Position numbers and translations under genes: made by a program. A DNA stretch of 63,981 nucleotides, filler included, from Octopus bimaculoides (taxonomy: Eukaryota): NCBI RefSeq assembly GCF_001194135.2. It is 5 parts of 4 records of this genome, joined end to end, with 100 filler letters (N's around TTAATTAATTAA, not from the genome) between each part and the next. Parts side by side here need not be neighbours in the genome. Positions count along the whole stretch, not along the records: positions 1 to 20,708 come from NC_068983.1; 4 more parts are not named here. One strand, given 5' to 3'. Of the stretch, positions 1 to 11,027 are shown in pieces. Positions within the stretch are counted from its first letter, which is position 1. Each line of letters begins with the position of its first letter. A model generated the notes under the pieces. It was not told the origin of the DNA, ran no database searches, and saw only the letters and a program-made list of their open reading frames with translations.

Positions 1-57
1 AAATGCTGCTAAGCATTTTACCTGACATGCTATCGATTCTGCCAACTCACTGCCTTA

Positions 58-120
<63 letters not shown>

Positions 121-637
121 GAAGAGTGCCATTTGCTATCTTGTGAACAATATTTCGACATCTCGCGTGTCTTCCACTGGTTCAAAAAATAAATCAATCT
201 ATTTCATTTTGGTTAATATAGAAAGGATTGAAGTAACTCCTGAAGATACAGAGTCAAAATTAAAAGAAGAGTGCCATTTGCTATCTTGTGCCAAAATTTG
301 AAACTGTTATTGCTGTTGTTGTTGTTATTACATGGGTTGTGAGCTAACAAAATTGTTGGTGCATCAGAAAAGAAATGCTACACACTATTTATTCTGGCAC
401 TTTTCTTTCTGAGTTCAAATTCAATGAAGGTCAACTTTGCCTTTCATCTTTTCAGAATGTAAGTTGGTCCTTACAAGCATTCAATCCCTTTTTTTTTTTT
501 TTTACAGCATTTCAGTTTTATTGGTTGTAAATCATTGCTTACAAGCCAAAGATGAATATAACATCTTTACTAATATTACATTTTGATGTTAGTTACCAGA
601 TATGAAACCATAATAATGTATATAATAAGGAAATTAT

Positions 638-1015
638 TTTGTATAGTGTCCAGGTGCACTACAACTCATCAAAGACGCATGTACAGTGCATAGAATTATG
701 TACAAAAGTCAGGAAAGTGAACAGTGTAAGAGTCCTGTAATTACTTGGGTTTCAACAGTCTTTTGATGGAGATTTACAAGTAGTATCACTTATGGTAGCC
801 AAATTTAGAGTTGATGTGGGGATTTTCAATAATGAAGTTGTTGAACTCTCCAGGGGCCGATACTTAAATATGTTTAAGGAGTGTTCATCCAAAAGTTTTT
901 AATTTTATTTACTCTTGGATATCTACAACTTCCTTTACTGACTAAAGCAGCTTCTCCATCTTTTTGGTATTTGCTTCACATATAGATAGATATGATGTCC
1001 ATTTACTCTCCTTGT
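638..1015 (-). mobile_element. Probable Penelope-like element 3' end (ORF tail plus pLTR)
   Basis: Decayed ...NNFIIENPHINSK resembles the PLE endonuclease end; followed by TGATGAGTTGTAG motif shared with 8635-8670. Confidence 0.35.
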
Positions 1016-1145
1016 TAAGAATGTTTTTGCTATTTGCCAATGTACTTTTATTATTTTATTCTTATTACTATAACTATTATTACTATAATTATTATTTGTC
1101 ATAGCCTTCAACATATAGTACTATTTACAATAACTATGATGATAA

Positions 1146-1368
1146 TAATAGTAATCCTTTCTACTAGAGGCACACAACCTCAAATTTGGTGGGAGAGAAC
1201 TGGTTGATTACATTGACCCCAGTGTTTCACTGGTACTTAATTTATCGACCACAAAAGGATGAAAGGCAAAGTTAACCTCAGCGGAATTTGAACTTAGTTC
1301 GTAAGAACGGATGCAATGCCGCTATGCATTTTGCCCAGCATGCTAATGATTCTGCCAGCTCACCACCT
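1146..1368 (-). mobile_element. tRNA-derived SINE family A
   Basis: Minus strand head GGTGGTGAGCTGGCAGAATCATTAGC (A-box-like), B-box-like AGTTCAAATT, (ATT)n tail. Other copies at ~1-54(-), 335-465(+), 1385-1560(-), 3985-4110(-), 16320-16460(-), 29095-29200(-), 34215-34388(-), 37690-37775(+), 53910-54080(-). Confidence 0.85.
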
Positions 1369-2673
1369 TGATAATAATTATAACGATAATAATTTCTTAT
1401 ATTGGCACATGATCAGAAGTATCTGGCCAAAGGATAGAGTTGACCCTAATGTATAACTGGTGGAGTTATTTAATCAACTAAAGATCTATTTATGGCAAAG
1501 TCAACCTCAATAGAATTAGAACTTATGAACAGACCAACTGAAATGCTATGAAGTAGTCTGTCTTACTCTATATTATTTTATTATTTCAGCTTTGAAAATC
1601 CCTTCCAAAGGAGATTTGAACACACTTTTGTCGTGGCTGTTGTTTGTAGTTGTTCTGGGCTTGTGTATTCTATGGCCACTGATCATGTGCTATCACATTC
1701 TTCTTATCCAAACACAAAGTCAACGCTTATAAGTATTTCTCAGCTGATAGATATCACTCCCAACAGAAGGGCATGATCAGTTACTGGTTCCAATATATTT
1801 AGTTGGAAATGTCCTCCAAAGCTGATGAGCAACAATACTTATTATTGGGATTTATAATAAAAAAAAATAACGTAGAAATCACAGCTCTTATATATGTTCA
1901 AAACTTGATATTGTTCTGTTTGTGTTCCGCAAGATACTCCTTTAACAATATTTGAAGACTGACATTTACTCATTATTTTAGAGCTGTCGGTTATGCTGAG
2001 AAGGAGAATACCACATTTTCCAGTGTCTAAGATGCACTCTTGTTTAAGACCTACCTCTATTTCAAAAGTATATTTTGTGGAAAAAGATAGATTTAGTATC
2101 TTTCATGGTACACTTATTGACAAATATATTTAAGTAGTTTTGTTGGGGGGGGGGTGTATGATTCTGTGCGTGTACAACACTGTGACAATAGGCTTAGGCA
2201 AGACACATTATTTTTTTGTTTCTCCAGTCCACTCAGCTGGTAAAATGGGATGTACCTGCCACTCAAAGGACCGACCTTGTCACACTTTATGTCACACTGA
2301 ATCTCCCCGAGAACTACATTAAGGGTACACATGTTTGTGAAGTACTCAACCACATGCATGTTAAATTCACAGGCAGACTATTTGGTTGATTGACTCACCT
2401 GGAACACTCATTGTCTTAATGGAGGGAGAGCCAGACCAGACTGCTGTAATGTATTAAACCATAGACTTATCATACATATTACGTTATACAAGTACTGCAT
2501 TTCAGCTTTATCTCCTTTCAAATCAACTTTATAATTATCTGTATTATAGACAAATACAGGATGTGACACCCAACATGTCTACCAGTGTTCTACAAAGTTT
2601 GTGCTAACAGTTGGTGATAATTTGCTTTGTTTTCAATATTTTAGTCAGGAGTAGCAATCATTGTCCCCTGTAG

Positions 2674-2744
2674 GATTATGTTCATTCAGTTCCCGAGTCT
2701 ATGCTGCTCAGTCTCCCATCCATTACAGCTACATTAGATGTAGG
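2674..2744 (+). CDS. Candidate exon of unidentified plus-strand gene (DYVHSVPESMLLSLPSITATLDVG, or alternative frame LCSFSSRVYAAQSPIHYSYIRCR)
   Basis: cccctgtag| ... AGG|gtaagt; two frames open. Confidence 0.4.
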
Positions 2745-3039
2745 GTAAGTTTTTGATACATATAAAGGAAAAGGCATATCTTATATGCAAGCAAATATGG
2801 TATGTATGATCTCAGTGGTAGTTTAAGCACCATGTTCAAGCCTTTATAAGCTTGTTATTCTTTGGGCAGCAACTCAAAATAGAATCTGGCCCTAAGACAA
2901 GTTAAAAATAAGTAATGATAGCTTAAAAGTACTAAAATTGCCCAAGGAAAAAAATTTCTCATAAATTTTTTTCAGGCCTAATTAAAACTATTTTTCCCCA
3001 TTTGCAGTAGTCAATTCTCTGTATGCAAATTAAACAACA

Positions 3040-3268
3040 ATAATAATAATAATCCTTTCTACTATAGGCACAAGGCCTGAGTTTTTGTGAGGAGGGGTAC
3101 AATCGATCACATTGACCCCAGTACTTGCCTAGTACTTAATTTATCGACCCCAAAAGGATGAAAGGCAAAGTCAACCTTGGCGGAATTTGAACTCAGAATG
3201 TAGCGGCAGACAAAATATTGCTAAACATTTCGCCCAGTATGCTAATGATTCTTCCAGCTCACCACCTT
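3040..3268 (-). mobile_element. SINE family A, near full length
   Basis: Colinear with the 1146 copy; trinucleotide arrays on both sides. Confidence 0.88.
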
Positions 3269-3292
3269 AACAACAACAACAACAACAACAAC

Positions 3293-3338
<46 letters not shown>

Positions 3339-3705
3339 TGATGTTTCAATACCAGCAGATGACAACGTTTCTCTAAAAGAAATGGAAAAACTTTCAAAAT
3401 ACAAAGACCTGGAAATAGAGATAACTCGAATGTGGAATCTAAAAACAGAAACAATTCCTATCATAGTAGGTGCCTTAGGTATAATAAAAAAAATATTCAG
3501 ACAAATACATAATAAAAACACCAGGACTTACAAATATATATAACATACAGAAAATTGCACTACTGGGTACTGCACACATTCTACGCAAAACACTTTCAAT
3601 ACAGTAAACATAAGAGCACCACAGCAAACCACAGCACATACCCAAGGCGCACAGAGCTGCGCTCGGTAGTGAAGTGAAAGCACGTTATAAAAATAAAACT
3701 ACTGA
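3339..3705 (+). mobile_element. R4/Dong-type RLE non-LTR retrotransposon, 5'-truncated 3' end
   Basis: DVSIPADDNVSLKEMEKLSKYKDLEIEITRMWNLKTETIPIIVGALG...LLGTAHILRKTLSIQ*, then 3' UTR; (AAT)n on both sides. Confidence 0.88.
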
Positions 3706-3724
3706 ATAATAATAATAATAATAA

Positions 3725-3975
3725 TTGTAAAGAGTGATGATAATGTCAATTCTTGTTGGAGCCTTGGCAACAGAATCAAAAGGTGTTGAGAGGACTATAA
3801 AGGAAATGGGAATAGAAAGCCCAGAAGAGCTTTTGCAAAAAGTTTGCTTCCTTGGCATGACCAGAATCAAGAAAGTATTAGAAGGGAATGAGTAACATGG
3901 TACTGTAGGTTACAGGTAGCAAGACCATTATTCATACAAGACTTCAGGAGTTCCAACAAAACATGAGTTAAGAGA
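3725..3975 (+). mobile_element. Second, divergent R4/Dong-like 3' end
   Basis: MSILVGALATESKGVERTIKEMGIESPEELLQKVCFLGMTRIKKVLEGNE*; ends in (AAT)n. Confidence 0.65.
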
Positions 3976-4321
3976 ATAATAATAATTATTATTTCTATCA
4001 TATTCACAAGGCTTGAAATTTGGGGGCAAGGGGCTAATCAATTACATCAACCCCAGTGTTCACCTGTACTTATTTCATTGACCTTGAATGGATGAAAGGC
4101 AAAGTCAACCTTAGCTGTTAATCTTAAAACCCTTTTTTTTCTTTATAGCTTATGCTTAACACATAAATATAAGGTTAAGAATATTAAGAATATTGTTGGC
4201 ACCTGAGTGTGAAAATATCATATTTATAAGAAATTTGAATAACAAAAGAATAAGCAGTTATGTTATGAACTTCTTAAGAGTTTATTCCTTTTACTCCTTT
4301 GTCATCCTAATTTCTTATATA

Positions 4322-4360
<39 letters not shown>

Positions 4361-4666
4361 ATACATGACTAATGTGTCATTCTAACACCGTTATTTAATC
4401 ATGCTTTGCTTACTAGAATAGGGTTTAATATCAAATTAGTAGAATATTAAGACAATGTCATTTTAAATCAATTTGTTTCTGTATCAACAGACTTCAAATT
4501 GAATCCCTTACCAGCTGTATAAATATGGACTACATATATACACTTCCATTCCCATATATATCTATATACATTACATAGATTTAAATTAAGTATCTATATA
4601 CTTCAGATAATATTTTTGTACATATCTTAAGTTATATATAAATATATAAAATTTGCTTGAGTGTAG

Positions 4667-4715
<49 letters not shown>

Positions 4716-4811
4716 ATATATATATGCATATATTTCTATTTATATATGTGTGTGCATCTATATATATATATATATATATACACAGACAGACATATTAGAT
4801 TGAAAGTTAAA

Positions 4812-4883
4812 TTCGTCTGATGAGCTGCCCACAAGGTTGTAGCTTTCATAGACACGAAACCATTGGTCACTCTATGATCAGAC
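4812..4883 (+). ncRNA. Hammerhead-like motif (family H3)
   Basis: GT-CTGATGA-GCTGC..GTAGC-(12 nt)-GAAA-CC-ATT-GG-TC-AC; intact core boxes and GUC triplet, atypical stem II junction. Confidence 0.45.
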
Positions 4884-6519
4884 TTTAACTTTGTTTTATA
4901 TATATATAACTAATGTTACTATTGTTATTATAATTTCATAATACTCAACAAATGAGTGAATGTGTGTGTGTGTGCATGTAACCATGTGCTGGCAAATGCA
5001 TAATTTTCATACATGTATGAATGTATATATTTTGTTGTTTTAGGGAGCTATATTTTATGCTATGTTAAACACAGACTTGAATTTGAAATGAAACCCTGTT
5101 CAACACCAACATATAATATTTTTGTTGTTTCCATTTAATAACTATCCGTTGATATCAAAAGTCTAACAATCAGAATCTCTCTGGATTATGAAAATTAGAT
5201 TGTGAATCTGTTGATTTTTACACACACGAAAATGCACAGATGTGGCTACCATTGCATGTATTTACATTTTAGAATATCTTCCTTTAAATATGTTTGGATT
5301 TTGATTTAAGGAGGATCAGTTTAAGGTCCCTTTTCATGTTTTTTTTTCCCCCATAAACTTAAATTCTGCTAACTACATATATATATANNNNNNNNNNNNN
5401 NNNNNNNNNNNNNNNNNNNNNNNNNNNNNNNNNNNNNNNNNNNNNNNNNNNNNNNNNNNNNNNNNNNNNNNNNNNNNNNNNNNNNNNNNNNNNNNNNNNN
5501 NNNNNNNNNNNNNNNNNNNNNNNNNNNNNNNNNNNNNNNNNNNNNNNNNNNNNNNNNNNNNNNNNNNNNNNNNNNNNNNNNNNNNNNNNNNNNNNNNNNN
5601 NNNNNNNNNNNNNNNNNNNNNNNNNNNNNNNNNNNNNNNNNNNNNNNNNNNNNNNNNNNNNNNNNNNNNNNNNNNNNNNNNNNNNNNNNNNNNNNNNNNN
5701 NNNNNNNNNNNNNNNNNNNNNNNNNNNNNNNNNNNNNNNNNNNNNNNNNNNNNNNNNNNNNNNNNNNNNNNNNNNNNNNNNNNNNNNNNNNNNNNNNNNN
5801 NNNNNNNNNNNNNNNNNNNNNNNNNNNNNNNNNNNNNNNNNNNNNNNNNNNNNNNNNNNNNNNNNNNNNNNNNNNNNNNNNNNNNNNNNNNNNNNNNNNN
5901 NNNNNNNNNNNNNNNNNNNNNNNNNNNNNNNNNNNNNNNNNNNNNNNNNNNNNNNNNNNNNNNNNNNNNNNNNNNNNNNNNNNNNNNNNNNNNNNNNNNN
6001 NNNNNNNNNNNNNNNNNNNNNNNNNNNNNNNNNNNNNNNNNNNNNNNNNNNNNNNNNNNNNNNNNNNNNNNNNNNNNNNNNNNNNNNNNNNNNNNNNNNN
6101 NNNNNNNNNNNNNNNNNNNNNNNNNNNNNNNNNNNNNNNNNNNNNNNNNNNNNNNNNNNNNNNNNNNNNNNNNNNNNNNNNNNNNNNNNNNNNNNNNNNN
6201 NNNNNNNNNNNNNNNNNNNNNNNNNNNNNNNNNNNNNNNNNNNNNNNNNNNNNNNNNNNNNNNNNNNNNNNNNNNNNNNNNNNNNNNNNNNNNNNNNNNN
6301 NNNNNNNNNNNNNNNNNNNNNNNNNNNNNNNNNNNNNATATATATACAGACACATGCATACATACAAACCAAGACAGATATATATAAGGAAGGGCCTCCC
6401 CCTGTAGAAACCAAATTAAGGCAGACTTTGGATCGTGGTGCAATCCTCTGACTTGTTAGCTCCTGTCAAATGATCCAACCCATGCTAGCATGGAAAACAC
6501 AAATTAAATGGTGATGACA

Positions 6520-6550
<31 letters not shown>

Positions 6551-6789
6551 GACAAAGCAAAGCATGAGAGATTTTTTATAAGATATTTAGTTATATTATC
6601 TTACATATATTTCATTAACATTAGTTACATAATATAAATTACATAATCAATACACTGTCAAATCATCAGAGAAGTGTAACTTTAATATGTAATATTATTG
6701 GATTGAACTGTCATTGACAGAATTCACCAGTGTGGAGATGGCAAGTGACACACACACACACACACACACATACATCTTCAGTTATTCTA

Positions 6790-6990
6790 TTCAGATTAGA
6801 AGTTCAGGTTTATACTGTAATTATTGGGACCTTGATATATGTAACACACTGCCTAAATACCAATCTTGAGAAATTAGGCTTCTCAAAACCAGAAAGGAGA
6901 AAGTTAATTCGAAGACTACAGATCCAATCCATCACTGGAACTGTAAAAATCTGTAAAACTTTCCAGAAGCTTATCATTTAAATACATATG
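6790..6990 (+). mobile_element. Divergent RLE-type LINE C-terminal fragment
   Basis: EVQVYTVIIGTL...LEKLGFSKPERRKLIRRLQIQSITGTVKICKTF resembles the (V/I)IGALG-containing RLE C-terminus. Confidence 0.55.
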
Positions 6991-7064
6991 AGCAGGTCTA
7001 GGCATGCATCTCGTAGTAGCGTTGATCTTATTGACTGACCCCATACCTCAAAACTGCTGGTCCC

Positions 7065-7690
7065 ATGTCAGGTAGGATTGTTAGAGCAGTGGTTCTCAAA
7101 TTTTTGATATCCAGGCCAGACCCAAAACCTAGAGGACCTTAGAGGTCCACACCAAAAAACAGAGTAAAACACAAGTCAAATGAAGAAAATTTTCTTATAT
7201 TTATAGAGGGAACACCATTGGGACCCGCTGGAAAGATGCTTGAGAACTGCTGTGTTAGAGTATCAGAAAAATGCTTTGCAGCATTCATTCCTTCTCTTTA
7301 CATTCTGAGTTCAAATCCCACTGAGATCAACTTTGCCTTTCATCCCCACTCCTTCTACCAGGGCCAGCAATATAAGCTGCCAGTCAAGTATTGGGGTCGA
7401 TACAATTGACTAACCACTTCCCCTAAAACTGTCAGCCTTGTGCCAAAATTTAAAGCCCTTATTATCAAGGTCGCTAGATTACAGAATTGTTGGTGAATCA
7501 GACAAAATGCTTAACAGCATTTCTTCCAGTTCTTTACATTCTATGTTCGAATGCCACCGAGGTTGACTTTGCCTTTCATCCTTTCAGTTCAATAAAATAA
7601 AGAACCAGTCAAGTACTGGGGTTATTGATATAATCATTTTGCTCCCTCCTTCAAAATTACTGACCTGTGTCAAACTTAGAAAGAACTATT
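7065..7690 (+). mobile_element. Two tandem SINE family A copies (first interrupted by the hAT MITE)
   Basis: TTCTGAGTTCAAATCC..CAACTTTGCCTTTCATCC in both copies. Confidence 0.82.
7087..7252. mobile_element. hAT (Charlie-like) MITE inserted in a SINE head
   Basis: TIRs CAGTGGTTCTCAA / TTGAGAACTGCTG; perfect 8-bp TSD TGTTAGAG (7079-7086, 7253-7260). Confidence 0.93.
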
Positions 7691-8199
7691 ATTGTTGTTG
7701 TTATAGTTATTATTTATGGCATACTGGTTAAGAATTGATACAAAATTATAAATTTTAATTAAATTTTTTTTTTATGAAAAATATCCTCCATACCCAAATA
7801 AGGCAACACATTTTTTTAATTTACAGATGCACACATACACACACAAATAATTTATTCATTAATCATACATCCTCATAGGAATTACCTTCATAGTCTCTCC
7901 CACTTGGTTGGGTATAAGACCACTCTGCCACTCTTCAAATTATTGGTAAGGAGAAACAAGAATTCATGCTTCTTCCCTTCTCTCCAAGCCATAGAAACAA
8001 GACATGAAACCATTCCAGCCAGCAACCAAAATCAAATAATGAACACCATTTGCTGGAAAAAATCCATCACTATTTCAGTGTTGTCCAAGTTAATTGTAAG
8101 AAATTAGTCAATAATTTTACACAAGACTGCAATGCCTCGTGAAACTGGTACTTGGCTTTTAATTCTGTAGCAGTAAGCAAACATGTAATACACCTCCCC

Positions 8200-8274
<75 letters not shown>

Positions 8275-8491
8275 TAGGGTACCATTCTATTAAAGCATTC
8301 CCAGCCAATTTTGTATATTTTTCCCTACATCTATATCCAGTGAGATTATATAAAACTGCCTGAATAGTTAACTATGTAAATCATGCTAAGCAGTGAGTGT
8401 TTTAGAATGCTAATGCATTTGATAAATATAATAGAAGCCGTATAAGAGTGCAGAGAATCTTTACATGTACTCTTATTGGTTATGTATGCAG

Positions 8492-8555
8492 GCATTCTTC
8501 CTATAATAATGTCAAAAGTGTCAGACCTAAAGAGTATTTAGTTTCCTTGCTAAAG
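8492..8555 (+). CDS. Candidate exon (HSSYNNVKSVRPKEYLVSLLK)
   Basis: tatgcag| ... AAG|gtagga; phase 2 to 0; compatible with 2674-2744. Confidence 0.42.
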
Positions 8556-8624
8556 GTAGGAGAAGGAAATATGTCATATTATTGGTGATTCATGTAAGGA
8601 AATGAATATTTTACAGAATAATAT

Positions 8625-8675
8625 TATGAACTTATTGTAGTCAGTTCTAAGGTGTGCTACAACTCATCAGAAAAA
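8625..8675 (-). ncRNA. Degenerate hammerhead-like motif (family H4)
   Basis: Minus strand CTGATGA-GTTGTAG-loop-CTACAAT; GAAA box not intact. Confidence 0.3.
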
Positions 8676-8979
8676 GTAGCCAAAAGTGCATGAACAGTTC
8701 AAAGAATAATGCACGGGAAGTGGGCAGTGATATTTCTAAATACAATATTACTAAACTATTATTGAAGATAATCTTATAACAGATTTAATTAGGAAATGAA
8801 AAATTTATAATAAAACCTATTTTATTATCATGGCCATTAGAAACAATTATATTTAAATAAGCTACAAAATAATAGAGTTAGACTTGATATAACCTAAATA
8901 GATATTTCATAATACTCAAATAATATGTAAATGTAAAGGTGTGGTATCCAAACCTTCTAATGGGAATGTTCCTTGTTGT

Positions 8980-9031
8980 GTGCCTGCAGAGCATGTTCAC
9001 CACTTGCCAGGCATCATCCAGGATAGTGCAC
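8980..9031 (-). ncRNA. Hammerhead-like motif (family H2), degenerate
   Basis: Minus strand CTGGATGA-TGCC-TGGCAAGT-GGT-GAA-CATG-CTC. Confidence 0.35.
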
Positions 9032-9042
9032 TTAATTATTTA

Positions 9043-9087
<45 letters not shown>

Positions 9088-9183
9088 TTTGTGTTCAGTT
9101 ATTATAAAAACAATTTTACATAAATCTGATGGGTTACTCTATAGTTTTGTAGAGTACAAATTTATTATTCTTAAGCAAAAATG

Positions 9184-9272
9184 TTATTGACAGTGACTTC
9201 GAAGTTCCAGTCAGTTAAGTCATTGTCGGATGATGGCTTAACTGGCCGAAATTCCACAGTCACTTTCAATAA
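9184..9272. ncRNA. Head-to-head pair of hammerhead-like motifs (family H1)
   Basis: ~45-bp imperfect inverted repeat; consensus with the 48174 copy is C(C/T)GACGA-TGGC-TTAACTG-GCC-GAAA-CTTCGAAG-TC. Confidence 0.5.
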
Positions 9273-10036
9273 TTTTCGTGTTTAAGAATNNNNNNNNNNN
9301 NNNNNNNNNNNNNNNNNNNNNNNNNNNNNNNNNNNNNNNNNNNNNNNNNNNNNNNNNNNNNNNNNNNNNNNNNNNNNNNNNNNNNNNNNNNNNNNNNNNN
9401 NNNNNNNNNNNNNNNNNNNNNNNNNNNNNNNNNNNNNNNNNNNNNNNNNNNNNNNNNNNNNNNNNNNNNNNNNNNNNNNNNNNNNNNNNNNNNNNNNNNN
9501 NNNNNNNNNNNNNNNNNNNNNNNNNNNNNNNNNNNNNNNNNNNNNNNNNNNNNNNNNNNNNNNNNNNNNNNNNNNNNNNNNNNNNNNNNNNNNNNNNNNN
9601 NNNNNNNNNNNNNNNNNNNNNNNNNNNNNNNNNNNNNNNNNNNNNNNNNNNNNNNNNNNNNNNNNNNNNNNNNNNNNNNNNNNNNNNNNNNNNNNNNNNN
9701 NNNNNNNNNNNNNNNNNNNNNNNNNNNNNNNNNNNNNNNNNNNNNNNNNNNNNNNNNNNNNNNNNNNNNNNNNNNNNNNNNNNNNNNNNNNNNNNNNNNN
9801 NNNNNNNNNNNNNNNNNNNNNNNNNNNNNNNNNNNNNNNNNNNNNNNNNNNNNNNNNNNNNNNNNNNNNNNNNNNNNNNNNNNNNNNNNNNNNNNNNNNN
9901 NNNNNNNNNNNNNNNNNNNNNNNNNNNNNNNNNNNNNNNNNNNNNNNNNNNNNNNNNNNNNNNNNNNNNNNNNNNNNNNNNNNNNNNNNNNNNNNNNNNN
10001 NNNNNNNNNNNNNNNNNNNNNNNNNNNNNNNNNNNN

Positions 10037-10079
<43 letters not shown>

Positions 10080-10951
10080 AGAAATTCAGTATTATTCTTG
10101 TGCTAAACACATATTCTCTGAAAAGTTTCTTTTTAACTTTGATTTACTTCTCAAAAAAAAAGAGAAAAAAAAATGCAGAAAGCAGCAAAGGCAAAGTAAA
10201 TAAATTCCAAAATCTTACAAAAACTATTTGAAACTTTAACAATTTCTAATGTTAAAAGAATTATTCACCGAATATTTGGTAGAAAAATGAAACAATGACA
10301 TAGCTAAGACTTTCTTGTCAAAACTTACCTCTTGAAGAGTTATTTCATAAATCCTGAAGGATTCTGTGTTGATAATTCTCTCCATTTTATCTTTATTATG
10401 AAGAAAATATAGTTAATAATATGAGATGATTGAAAAAAAGAAACTAGGAAATTTCCATAGCCAACAAACAACTAGTAGTGTGTCCTATGTATCTATTTTA
10501 TATCATCTGGTCTATTTGATGATATTCCTGATCTAATCAAATCAGGGAATATATGCATGTAAGAAAAAATATATATACATATATATATTCATATACATAC
10601 ACAATATTATGTGTTTGTATGTATGTATATATATGTGGAATTTCCAGTATGCTAGGGGGGTATATGAGTGCTTGTGTGTTTATACACTCCTTTTTATTAA
10701 TTCCATTTCTTCTTCTCTTCAGGCCAACCTTCCCCATACTCAATCAGCCTGTTTTGCCTGACATTTCTCTGTGACCATTTTTTTTTGTTATTCCCAACTT
10801 TCAGAAAGAAAAAATTCTACCGTGAAATGATTTTCCCCTAATCCCCCACTCCCCATAACCCCACCCCAAAAAAATAATAATAAAATGAAATAAATAAAAT
10901 AAATATATATAAAGAAATGACATATTTTTATCACTTTTAAACTTATTCCAG

Positions 10952-11027
10952 GTTGTTGTGAGCGCATTGACCATGCGAGATTTGTTTATGTGCAGCGTTG
11001 TGCAAAAGTGAGGATGAAAGAGAAGCC
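10952..11027 (+). CDS. Candidate exon ([18 protein letters not shown] to donor 11007, or [24 protein letters not shown] to donor 11027)
   Basis: ttattccag| acceptor; donors AA|gtgagg and CC|gtgagt; GC-richer island in an AT desert. Confidence 0.45.

Noticed and set aside
146-180. Minus-strand GGAAGA...GAAA hammerhead-like string
   Set aside because: No CUGA and no closing pair for stem II
4513-4515. Minus-strand 3-nt microexon (tacag|CTG|gtaagg)
   Set aside because: Expected by chance; no context support
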